The position numbers and the translations under genes were made by a program. The notes beneath the pieces are model-generated. The model ran no database searches and had not been told where the DNA came from. It saw nothing but the letters and a program-made list of their open reading frames with translations. 39,643 bases of DNA from positions 1-39,643 of the forward strand of contig JAFGVM010000040.1 of assembly GCA_016937995.1 (NCBI GenBank), read 5' to 3'. The first letter of the stretch is position 1, and every line of letters starts with the position of its first letter. Positions 28,225-37,267 of the stretch are shown one piece after another. The DNA is from Candidatus Delongbacteria bacterium. GTDB lineage: Bacteria; UBA4055.

Positions 28225-29526
28225 TTACCTCAGATACAACATTTTCCTCGCTCCATGCTTTACACCATCAACCATCATTTGATAGTAATAAACCCCACTA
28301 TTCAAATCTTCCGCATTAAAATTGATTTTATGGTTTCCTTTCTCCATTTTTCTACTAACAAGATTCTTAACAAACTGACCCTGTGAATTGAATACGGACA
28401 CTTTGACTAATCCTGAATTTTTTAAAGAATACTCTATTTCGGTTGAAGGATTAAAAGGATTCGGATAGTTCTGCTGTAGTGTATAATTTTCAATTCTCAA
28501 TTCTCCATTCTCAATTGAAGTTGAATCACCATCAAATCTATATAATGCGTTATCATCACCAAAAAAATAACCCGTATCACCAAAAAATTGTATTTTAAAT
28601 ATATAGTCAGAATCAATAGTTTGGTAAATGCTAAATGTATCACCACCATCAATACTTCTGTATACCTTACCCGGTTGACCTGCAATCCAGATAGTCGAAT
28701 CATTTTGAAAATAAATTGCTGATGTCAAAATATCCCAATCATAATTTATTGAATTATCCGCGATGAAATTATCTTCAGTAAGAATTACAGAAGGACCCCA
28801 TGAATAACCAACTGCTCCTCCGGTATTATGATCAATAAAATGAACATCAAAGATATCTCCCGGACCTGGTTCAATTCCAACTTGCCATGTTTCACCACCG
28901 TCAACAGTATAGATTAGCATACCAGTATCAGTTAGGCAAGAACATCCTGCCCACCCATGGTCATCATCAAGAAAGAAGAGCTTATTAACCGAGTAATTCA
29001 CCACATAAGGATGAGGTTGATAAACTACTGGTGTTTCAACCAAATGCCAATTATATCCCCCATTGATAGTCTTGTAAATTATTGGATTATATGTTGAATC
29101 GTTATATCCACATTGTATAAATCCTGTAGTGCGGTTAATAAAAAACAATGACCTGTAACTTCCTATTGGCAAATCATTTGTCATATCTTCCCAATTGTAT
29201 CCACCATCAACTGTTTTTAAGTAATAATAATTACCTCCCCTTATTTCTTTCATCCAGCCATATTTTGAGTCTATCATTTCTAATGATATTATTATAACTA
29301 AAGAATCTTCTGGGACATATATTTCTTTCCAGGTGTCTCCCCCATTATCAGTATGAAAAATCACATCAGTACCAAGACTGGTTCCCTTATGAACCCAGCC
29401 TTCTTTTTCAGATATGAAGTCTCCCGGAACACCATAATTACTATCTGGAAAAGGTGAAATATTTACCCATTGCTGTGCGTTTAAAAAAAATGATACAGCA
29501 AAGATAATAATAATTATATTTCTCAT
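28225..29526 (-). CDS. Secreted YCF48/BNR-repeat beta-propeller protein with T9SS type A-like C-terminal sorting domain
   Basis: Repeated T.DGG..W Asp-boxes; C-terminal LQQNYPNPFNPST...GVYYY...RKMLYLR. Confidence 0.88.
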   Translation of the reverse strand: MRNIIIIIFAVSFFLNAQQWVNISPFPDSNYGVPGDFISEKEGWVHKGTSLGTDVIFHTDNGGDTWKEIYVPEDSLVIIISLEMIDSKYGWMKEIRGGNYYYLKTVDGGYNWEDMTNDLPIGSYRSLFFINRTTGFIQCGYNDSTYNPIIYKTINGGYNWHLVETPVVYQPHPYVVNYSVNKLFFLDDDHGWAGCSCLTDTGMLIYTVDGGETWQVGIEPGPGDIFDVHFIDHNTGGAVGYSWGPSVILTEDNFIADNSINYDWDILTSAIYFQNDSTIWIAGQPGKVYRSIDGGDTFSIYQTIDSDYIFKIQFFGDTGYFFGDDNALYRFDGDSTSIENGELRIENYTLQQNYPNPFNPSTEIEYSLKNSGLVKVSVFNSQGQFVKNLVSRKMEKGNHKINFNAEDLNSGVYYYQMMVDGVKHGARKMLYLR

Positions 29527-29535
29527 TATTCTCTC

Positions 29536-30822
29536 CTACCTTAAATACAACATCTTCTTCCTTCCTGCAACTTCACCGTTTATGCTCAGAGTATAAAAAT
29601 ATTGCCCTGCACTAAAATTCTCAGTAGACAGCTTATATTCATGAGTTCCTTTATTCATCTTTCCAAGAGAGATCTGCTTAACCTGTTCCCCGTTCGAATT
29701 AAATATATTTATCTTAACATCAGAGTCGGCTTGCAGTTCATAAGGAATAACAGTCTCATTATTAAACGGATTCGGGTAATTCTGCTGTAGTTTATAATTC
29801 TCAATTCTCCATTCTCCATTCTCAATTGAAGTAGTCCCTGTTGCCATAAAAACACCTTTATCAGTACCGATTAAGAAATTTGGCGTATAAATTGGATACC
29901 CCCTTGAAATACAGTAAATATTATTTATATCCAAACCATGAACATGCTGTCTTGCAATTCCAGTGCTAAATGGTACAATATACATATCAGCTGAATTTTT
30001 ACAGGTAACAATATATGAATCAATATGTTCAGTTATAAGATTTGCTTCAGGAATATAGTCGATCAGTTCAAAACCGATTATTGTACTATCATTGTACAGG
30101 ATCCTGTAAAGACCGTCAGAATATGATCCGTCACCTACAGAAAATAGAATATCATTACCATTCGGAGTAGTTCTTTTATAAAGATCATTAATACCCGTCA
30201 TTCCGGTATTCAATGAATCCAAAATATCACCGTTCTTCATGAACATCACTTCATTAGTAACTCTGGGTATTTTTGAAGAAGTGAATAATATACCCTGTGT
30301 GTTTTCAACAATATCGCTCACAGGTGAATCATCCATTGTTGAAAATTCATCCATTACCTGCCAATATGTTCCATCTTCTGAATGATATACCTGCCCCCAA
30401 CTACCTAAATAGAAACCAGAATTCAAATATTTTATAAATTTCGGCATAAAAGCCCATGATTTTCTAGTCGATGTTCCTGTTATCATATCGTATTTTGAAT
30501 GACCGTCACTACCAGACAAGTATCCATAAGCAATATAAACACTATCTGTAACATGGTTGTCAAATGCTATTGATTTAACAGGAAGCCCGTTATAACCGGA
30601 AACGAACTCCAACTGCTGGCTATAATTATAATAAGCCATCTTTGAAGGTGTTGAATCATTTACGCAGAATACATAACCATAATTTCCTACATTAGTAATT
30701 GATCCTTGTTTTATTTCAGTCACTCTGTATGAATTCAACTCAGGGAACATTTGCTCCCACTGCAATCCGAAAACACTGAACATAAAAACAAGAGATATTA
30801 GTATATAATAACTTTTTTTCAT
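29536..30822 (-). CDS. Secreted protein with T9SS type A-like C-terminal sorting domain
   Basis: Start moved to ATG 30822 (RBS AGGAGAG; MKKSYY signal peptide); C-terminal LQQNYPNPFN...KKMLYLR. Confidence 0.85.
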   Translation of the reverse strand: MKKSYYILISLVFMFSVFGLQWEQMFPELNSYRVTEIKQGSITNVGNYGYVFCVNDSTPSKMAYYNYSQQLEFVSGYNGLPVKSIAFDNHVTDSVYIAYGYLSGSDGHSKYDMITGTSTRKSWAFMPKFIKYLNSGFYLGSWGQVYHSEDGTYWQVMDEFSTMDDSPVSDIVENTQGILFTSSKIPRVTNEVMFMKNGDILDSLNTGMTGINDLYKRTTPNGNDILFSVGDGSYSDGLYRILYNDSTIIGFELIDYIPEANLITEHIDSYIVTCKNSADMYIVPFSTGIARQHVHGLDINNIYCISRGYPIYTPNFLIGTDKGVFMATGTTSIENGEWRIENYKLQQNYPNPFNNETVIPYELQADSDVKINIFNSNGEQVKQISLGKMNKGTHEYKLSTENFSAGQYFYTLSINGEVAGRKKMLYLR

Positions 30823-31010
30823 TATTCTCTCCTGCAATATTTAAACATTTAGAATACTTGACACATTACTATATTAATAATAAATTAGCGTTATTGCAAG
30901 AAAAATAAAACAACTTTTGATTTCAATATATAATTACTTTTCCATTTGTATTCAGTGTTGATTTTTTATAACTTACTCAGGTAACTATTTTGAGAAGGAA
31001 AATAAAACAA

Positions 31011-31988
31011 ATGAAAAACATCTTAATAATACTATTGCTCTTTATCTCAATTACTTTCTCAATGCAGATAGAAGATCTCGAAAAAGATAGAATAAACCAT
31101 GCCATAGATCAGATGTATAAAGAAAATTTTGCTGTAACTGAGTCAATCTTTTTTAAGATTAGAGACAAATATCCCGACCACCCTATCGGTGATTTCATGA
31201 TGGGAACATACTACAATTATCTTGCTGTATTTTACGAAACTGATAAATTTGACTCAAAGATAGCAATTTACTACAGGAATTCAGAAAATAAAGCGAGATT
31301 CCATATTGATCACGGAAATAATGACCCATGGTTCAAATTTTATCTTGGAGCAAGTCTTGTGAACAAAGGGTATCTGCTAGGAAGAAATAAAAGCTATTTC
31401 AGCGGCTTCAGGCATACCTCAAACGGTATCGGTTACATTGAGGACAGTGTCAAAGAGAATAAGAATATCGGTGACGGGTTGCTCCTTCTGGGCAGTTACA
31501 CCTATTATAAAAGCTCACTGCTAAGCTGGATATTTGATAAAAGAAAAAGCGGGATCGCAATGTTAAAGAAATCCATTGATACTTCATACTTCAGTAAATA
31601 TCTTGCAATTTCAACTCTGGGATGGGTATACATTGATTATGAGAAATTTGAAGAAGCTGAGGATACAGCTGATCTGGCATTAAAGGAATATCCTGATTCA
31701 CATTTTTTTATTTTTATTAAGGCACGTGCACTTTTTGAACAAAAAAAATATGCTTTAGCTATAGATCATTATCAGGATATAATTAATAAGATAATGAAAA
31801 TGTACGAAAGATATTCAAACGTTGATCTTTTTAATTCATACTATTTTTTGGCTGTCAGTTTCAAAAATCTCGGGAATCAGGTTAAAGCAAGATCTTACTA
31901 TGATCTTGCTAAGAATTGTGAGCTAACTGTAAATGAAAAAGACAGACTTGAGGATCGTCTTGATGACTTAGAAGATTTGTTTGAATAA
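31011..31988 (+). CDS. TPR-like exported protein
   Basis: Likely start ATG 31011 (MKNILIILLLF signal); helical repeats such as LGWVYIDYEKFEEA and YYFLAVSFKNLGNQVKARSYY. Confidence 0.75.
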   Translation: MKNILIILLLFISITFSMQIEDLEKDRINHAIDQMYKENFAVTESIFFKIRDKYPDHPIGDFMMGTYYNYLAVFYETDKFDSKIAIYYRNSENKARFHIDHGNNDPWFKFYLGASLVNKGYLLGRNKSYFSGFRHTSNGIGYIEDSVKENKNIGDGLLLLGSYTYYKSSLLSWIFDKRKSGIAMLKKSIDTSYFSKYLAISTLGWVYIDYEKFEEAEDTADLALKEYPDSHFFIFIKARALFEQKKYALAIDHYQDIINKIMKMYERYSNVDLFNSYYFLAVSFKNLGNQVKARSYYDLAKNCELTVNEKDRLEDRLDDLEDLFE

Positions 31989-32099
31989 ATTGCTTAATAT
32001 GTACGGGTGTTATTTATAATGCCCTATTTAATAAAAAAGTAAAAGTATTTCTACGTTTACTTTGAATTTTGGATGTATATCGATACGCCCCTGCAGAAA

Positions 32100-33008
32100 C
32101 TAAAATTTAATCACTTCCATCATCACTTTGTAAGCATCCTGAATATCTCCGTCATCAAAATCTTTCAGACCGTCCACAGAAAAATTATTTACTGAGAATG
32201 ACGCAGTAATTGTTCCATAGACCACAGCTTTTTTAATATCATTAAAATCATAACTTCCTTTCAAAGCTAAATATCCAGCAAAACCACCGGCAAAACTATC
32301 ACCGCCCCCGGTAGGATCAACAACTTTTCTCAAAGGGTACGCAGGTAAAAAGAATTCTTTACTTCCATCTGTTACGTAAGCCCCGTATTTACCCAGTTTA
32401 ACAACAGCAGCCAGCAATTTTGGACAATCCTCAATAAATTTATCTGCAGCTTTCAAAAAATTGCTTTCGCCTGTCAATAAGCATATCTCAGAGTCATTCA
32501 TAATAAAAATATCAGATCTCTTAGCTACCTCCCAAACCTCTGATCTGTCACCATCTATCCAGAAATTCATGGTATCAGAGATTACAAGTTCAGGTTTTGT
32601 TACTTCATTAAGAACCTGCAATTGAAGTTTTGGGTGTATATTAGCTAAAAACACTATCTCACTTTCTTTATAATTACCCGGTAATTTTGGAGAGAAATTC
32701 TCAAAAACGTTCAATTCAGTTAAAAGACTGTCTCTGTCATCCATATTACTATGGTATTTTCCTGACCATCTGAAAGTTTTACCTTCTACTATCTCAAAAC
32801 CATTAAGATCGATCTGTCTTACTCTCATCAGATCAATTATCTCCTGGGGAAAATCTCTACCTGCTATACCTACGAAATTAATATCTGCAAAAGCTGATGC
32901 TGCAAGGCTGAAATATATTGCTGAACCACCCGGAACCCCTTCCACTTTACCGGCAGGGGTCTCTATATCATCGATCCCCACCGACCCCACTACTAATATT
33001 TTCTTCAT
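32100..33008 (-). CDS. PfkB family carbohydrate/nucleoside kinase
   Basis: Likely start 33008 (MKKILVVGSVGIDD); GGSA and DPTGGGDSFAGGF PfkB signature. Confidence 0.92.
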   Translation of the reverse strand: MKKILVVGSVGIDDIETPAGKVEGVPGGSAIYFSLAASAFADINFVGIAGRDFPQEIIDLMRVRQIDLNGFEIVEGKTFRWSGKYHSNMDDRDSLLTELNVFENFSPKLPGNYKESEIVFLANIHPKLQLQVLNEVTKPELVISDTMNFWIDGDRSEVWEVAKRSDIFIMNDSEICLLTGESNFLKAADKFIEDCPKLLAAVVKLGKYGAYVTDGSKEFFLPAYPLRKVVDPTGGGDSFAGGFAGYLALKGSYDFNDIKKAVVYGTITASFSVNNFSVDGLKDFDDGDIQDAYKVMMEVIKF

Positions 33009-33837
33009 TAATTTTTCCTTTGTGATTTTCTTTATAATACTCATAAATATCATTGATCAAACCCATCATGATCTCCATCTGATGTTTAAGCTTTCTGGCC
33101 ATACATTTTGGATTGATATTCACACAAACATTTCCTCTGCAATAGACTTCGTCATAATTACAGCCCACTTTCTGCATATAATCTTTATTATTAAGAAAAA
33201 GGCTTGTTATATTCTCTCTTTCATATTGTTTTTTGAGAAGTAAACCCGACAACATGATACAGCGGTTTAATATCTCACGGTGAAGTACGAGTAACTGATA
33301 CGGTTCCAATGCACTCATCGTTCTTTCTAATGCACCTTTATCCAGAACATTGAATTTTATATTCGACAATGAGTCATTTATAAATAAGTATATTCTGTTC
33401 TGAAAATCCTTAAGGTCAAAAGGTTTGTCTATAAATTGGAAATAGCCTTCAGTGAACTGTTTTTCAAACTTGGCGACCATTTGTTTTTGACTTAGCCAGC
33501 TGCTCACAAAAAATATTTTCTGCTGAGGATTAAGTTTTATGATACTTTCCGCCATCTCAATTCCTGTCAACTCATCCATCATTACATCAGTGATCACAAT
33601 ATCATGTCTTTTCTCATGATATTTTTCTAAACCACGTCTGCCGTTCTCAGCTGTATCAATCTTATATACATCGGTCGTTTCAAGAATTTCTTTTAACAGC
33701 TCTCTGAACGAACTCTCATCCTCGACTATGAGGAGATCAATTCTCTCATCAGGTTGCAACTTAAGATCATTCCATTCAATCTTATCGAAATCGATCACAA
33801 AAAGTTTCTCAAAATCTTTAATATTATACGATCTCAT
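32968..33837 (-). CDS. Response regulator (REC domain plus unrecognised Cys-containing C-terminal region)
   Basis: LLIVEDE, IVITDVMM (phospho-acceptor Asp), FIDKPF. Confidence 0.85.
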   Translation of the reverse strand: MRSYNIKDFEKLFVIDFDKIEWNDLKLQPDERIDLLIVEDESSFRELLKEILETTDVYKIDTAENGRRGLEKYHEKRHDIVITDVMMDELTGIEMAESIIKLNPQQKIFFVSSWLSQKQMVAKFEKQFTEGYFQFIDKPFDLKDFQNRIYLFINDSLSNIKFNVLDKGALERTMSALEPYQLLVLHREILNRCIMLSGLLLKKQYERENITSLFLNNKDYMQKVGCNYDEVYCRGNVCVNINPKCMARKLKHQMEIMMGLINDIYEYYKENHKGKINEENISSGVGGDR

Positions 33838-33892
33838 TATTCCTCTCTCTTTATAACATCGGGTGTTTCATGATACTGCCCTGCTTTGATAA

Positions 33893-35557
33893 TTATTTTA
33901 TATCTGCTAATTTCTTCGCATCTTCGAACATCGTTAAAGCTTTCTTAACGAACTTATCGTTCATAGCCTTGATCCTAGGATACAAACTTCTGTCTTTAAA
34001 ATACTGTCTTGCGATACTTGATTTGATCTCAATCCTGATCTTTTCTTTATCTTTTTCAAAATCAGCATTCGTATAATACAGTTCATCTTTCGGTATATCC
34101 TTTTTCTCAGGAAGTTTGTCTACAAAGAAAAGCTTATTCTTATTTGCTACTTTTTTAAATTCATTCAGCATATTATCATCAACTACAAATTCATTGTAAA
34201 ATACCTCAAAATCATCTTTCCACTTATGGTCGATATCTTTTTGCTCATTAAAGTAGTTGATAGAGTTATCATTGTATACCCTCATACGTAAAAGATCTAT
34301 CATCAGATCAGATAACAGGTCATACGTTATAAGTGAATCCGGCGTAATTCCTCCTCCTCCGTAAACTACTCTGTGTTTTCTGAGAGTATAGAATGTTTCC
34401 GCATTCTTTATTGAGTCCCTTTTTGCTTTTTCTTTATCGGTCAGATCATCATCATTTTTAAATCTGTCGTAAATATAGCTTTCAGTTCCATTATCATAAG
34501 GTCTCTGTATCAACCTGCCGGTAGGGGTATAATATCTTGCGATAGTAATTCTTGCTACAGAACCATCACCAAGTTCGAAAGGCCTTTGGACTAAACCTTT
34601 ACCGAAAGATTTTGCACCTAAAATTAATGCTCTGTCATGATCCTGAAGAGCACCGCTAACTATCTCTGAAGCTGAAGCTGAACCGGCATCGATCAGTATT
34701 ACTATAGGTACTTTTTGATGAGTAGCCCCTTTTGTGGAAAAGTATTCATCATCAAACTCTTTAAATCTTCCTTTTGTGTAAACTATCATCTTTCCTGCAT
34801 CTAAAAATTTATCTGAAATATCTATGGCCTGATCCATCAGACCACCGGGATTGCCCCTTAGATCCAATATCAATTGGGTCATTCCTCTTGACTCTAAATT
34901 TTGTAAAGCCTCTTCAAGTTCTGATGCGGTTTTGTAAGCGAATCTGTTGACAGAAATATAACCTGTTTTTTTATCATCCAGCATACATTTTGCTATAACA
35001 CTGTAAACTGGGATTGCAGCTCTGTTAATTTCAAATTCCAAAGGTTTGTCAACACCTGTCCTTGCAACAGTGATCTTGACTTTTGTACCTATCTTACCTT
35101 TGAGCCTTTTGAAAACTTCATTGGTTGTGATACCCACAGCTGTTTTATCATCAATACTTATGATTCTGTCTCCGGGCTGAAGTCCCAGCCTGTCTGATGG
35201 AGTATCCGGGATAGGAGAAACAACTGTAAGGTATTTATGCTTTATCTCGAACTCTATTCCGATACCGCCGAATTCACCTTTAAAGTCCTCTTCCACCTCT
35301 TTCTGTTCTTCTGCAGGAATATAAACTGAATGAGGGTCCAAACCTTCAAGCATACCTTCTATCGCACCTTCCATCATCTTTTCGTTATCAGGTTCATCAA
35401 CGTAAACATTATCCACGATCCTGAGAATATAGTTCATTTTCTTAAAATACTGCATAGTATCATTTGTTGATGCTTCAGTATCCTCATATCTATAGCTTAA
35501 AAGAATAGCACTTACCAATACGATCATTGCGAACAGATAAAATTTTTTGTCTGACAT
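33893..35557 (-). CDS. ctpA: S41 C-terminal processing protease (PDZ + S41)
   Basis: LDPHS, FGGIGIE, LDLRGNPGG, SASASEIVSGALQD, SFGKGLVQ. Confidence 0.93.
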   Translation of the reverse strand: MSDKKFYLFAMIVLVSAILLSYRYEDTEASTNDTMQYFKKMNYILRIVDNVYVDEPDNEKMMEGAIEGMLEGLDPHSVYIPAEEQKEVEEDFKGEFGGIGIEFEIKHKYLTVVSPIPDTPSDRLGLQPGDRIISIDDKTAVGITTNEVFKRLKGKIGTKVKITVARTGVDKPLEFEINRAAIPVYSVIAKCMLDDKKTGYISVNRFAYKTASELEEALQNLESRGMTQLILDLRGNPGGLMDQAIDISDKFLDAGKMIVYTKGRFKEFDDEYFSTKGATHQKVPIVILIDAGSASASEIVSGALQDHDRALILGAKSFGKGLVQRPFELGDGSVARITIARYYTPTGRLIQRPYDNGTESYIYDRFKNDDDLTDKEKAKRDSIKNAETFYTLRKHRVVYGGGGITPDSLITYDLLSDLMIDLLRMRVYNDNSINYFNEQKDIDHKWKDDFEVFYNEFVVDDNMLNEFKKVANKNKLFFVDKLPEKKDIPKDELYYTNADFEKDKEKIRIEIKSSIARQYFKDRSLYPRIKAMNDKFVKKALTMFEDAKKLADIK

Positions 35558-35567
35558 TTCGACTCCG

Positions 35568-36767
35568 TTATTTACAATTTAAATATATTTTTTCAAGGAT
35601 CTTCAGATCGTTCTTACTCAGATCTTTATTGCGTCTCTTCATAACTGTTTCCATTGTTGCAATTGTTCTTTTAAATGGATACCTGGTAAGTTTACCCTTT
35701 CCGCCCCAGTGAAAATCAGGAATGTTCCTTTCAGGAAATCCCTCTCCGTATACATTACATCCCACACCGACAACAGTTCCCGTGTTGAACATAGTATTGA
35801 TACCTGTTTTAGAGTGATCACCCATGATTAATCCGACGAACATCGATCCTGTATCTATTAATTTACCGTTTATTTCTACTTTAACATTAGAGTAATTGTT
35901 CTTAAGGTCTGAATTATTTGTATCAGCTCCCAGATTGCACCATTCTGCAATATATGCATGACCTAAAAATCCGTCATGCTGTTTATTGCTGTAACCATGT
36001 ATAATGGATCCCTCAATTTCACCACCCACTTTACATACTTCACCAACTGAAGTGTTCTCATATATCTTTGATCCAATTTTCACGACTGATCCCCTGCCAA
36101 TGTAAGCAGGTCCGATTATAACGCTATTATGCATTATATCAGCATTTTCATCGATAACAACCGGGCCTTCGGAAGCATCAATTATGACTCCTGCCCTTAT
36201 TTTCGCACTTTTTTTTATGTAAATATTATTTCTGCCGGTCAGGATAACGTTTTCAGGATCTTTATTTATCCATCCTTGCTCAGCAGTTTTATATTTAAGA
36301 TCTGATACTATTTCACTTCCGTTATAGTTGACAAGGTCCCAGGGATAACAGATCATTTTGAATTTGGGAACGATAGTATTTGAAATTTTCTTGGTATACG
36401 TAGTTTTGAACTGTTTTTTATTTTGGAATATTCCGCATAGAAGGTTGTTTTCTTCATCCTTAGAGTATTTGGCCTTATTATTCTTCATCAGTTCGATATA
36501 TTTGACAAGATTATTATCAGGTATGATCCTGGAATTGACAGCTACGAATTCTTCATCATCCATAGCCCTGAACAATTCCAAATTCTCTTCTTTGTATCTT
36601 GAGTTGAATTTTGCTCTATGATAAAAATAAAAATTATCATCCGGCATAAGTTTCTGGTATTTCTGCAAAATACTATAGATGCCTGTTCGCAATTCATGAA
36701 CCGGTCTTAATTTTGTCAAAGGTCCAAAATTTTTATAATTGTTATCCTCAAAGAGTAAAATATTCAT
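35568..36767 (-). CDS. GlmU-related putative sugar nucleotidyltransferase with hexapeptide repeats
   Basis: PLTKLRPVHELRTG; KVGGEIE.S...YSNKQHDGFLGH...WCNLGADTNNSDLKNNY; GDHSKTGINTM. Confidence 0.88.
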   Translation of the reverse strand: MNILLFEDNNYKNFGPLTKLRPVHELRTGIYSILQKYQKLMPDDNFYFYHRAKFNSRYKEENLELFRAMDDEEFVAVNSRIIPDNNLVKYIELMKNNKAKYSKDEENNLLCGIFQNKKQFKTTYTKKISNTIVPKFKMICYPWDLVNYNGSEIVSDLKYKTAEQGWINKDPENVILTGRNNIYIKKSAKIRAGVIIDASEGPVVIDENADIMHNSVIIGPAYIGRGSVVKIGSKIYENTSVGEVCKVGGEIEGSIIHGYSNKQHDGFLGHAYIAEWCNLGADTNNSDLKNNYSNVKVEINGKLIDTGSMFVGLIMGDHSKTGINTMFNTGTVVGVGCNVYGEGFPERNIPDFHWGGKGKLTRYPFKRTIATMETVMKRRNKDLSKNDLKILEKIYLNCK

Positions 36768-36768
36768 T

Positions 36769-37215
36769 CTATTTCCCGGTATTACTTAATTTTTGCTCTA
36801 TTATCTTCAATTGTTTATTCGATTCCTTAACGTTTTTTACATCCTTAGGATACATTTTAATAATTCTTTCATATGTATTCTTAGCGTTCTCATATTCTCC
36901 AAGTTTCATATATGCACTTCCTACACCTATCATTGCATCTGAATACTTCCATATGTTCTCACATGTCATTACCTGCTCGAAATTGAATAATGCACCTGTA
37001 TAGTCCTTCTGCTTTAAATTTATCATTCCCAGCCAGTAGAAACAATTCGCAACATAGAAATGTTCAGGATTATTTTTAATAAAATCACTGAATATCTTCT
37101 CAGATTTTGCATATTCTTTTTTATTGAACAGCTCATAAGCCTGAGTATATTCTTCAGGAGCAGCTGCAAATATCGTGATCCCGAGGACCAGTAAGATCAT
37201 AATAAATTTCTTCAA
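36769..37215 (-). CDS. Exported TPR protein (CpoB/YbgF-like)
   Basis: TTG start; signal peptide; YVANCFYWLG and YERIIKMYP TPR pattern. Confidence 0.8.
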   Translation of the reverse strand: MKKFIMILLVLGITIFAAAPEEYTQAYELFNKKEYAKSEKIFSDFIKNNPEHFYVANCFYWLGMINLKQKDYTGALFNFEQVMTCENIWKYSDAMIGVGSAYMKLGEYENAKNTYERIIKMYPKDVKNVKESNKQLKIIEQKLSNTGK

Positions 37216-37267
37216 TTTTTATCCCTTCATATTTTTAATTTTGCAGTTCATAATTCATAGTTTAAAG

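Noticed and set aside
1188-28282. ORFs 1188-1409 and 28028-28282 sharing the peptide GDEKKSSPT, plus 23259-23531 and 26232-26459
   Set aside because: The similarity comes from translating through REP-like repeats, not from real proteins.
838-37003. Short antisense or nested ORFs in the track (e.g. 2240-2668, 8682-9023, 22809-23180, 36713-37003)
   Set aside because: They are shadows of well-supported genes, with no recognisable motifs or RBS.
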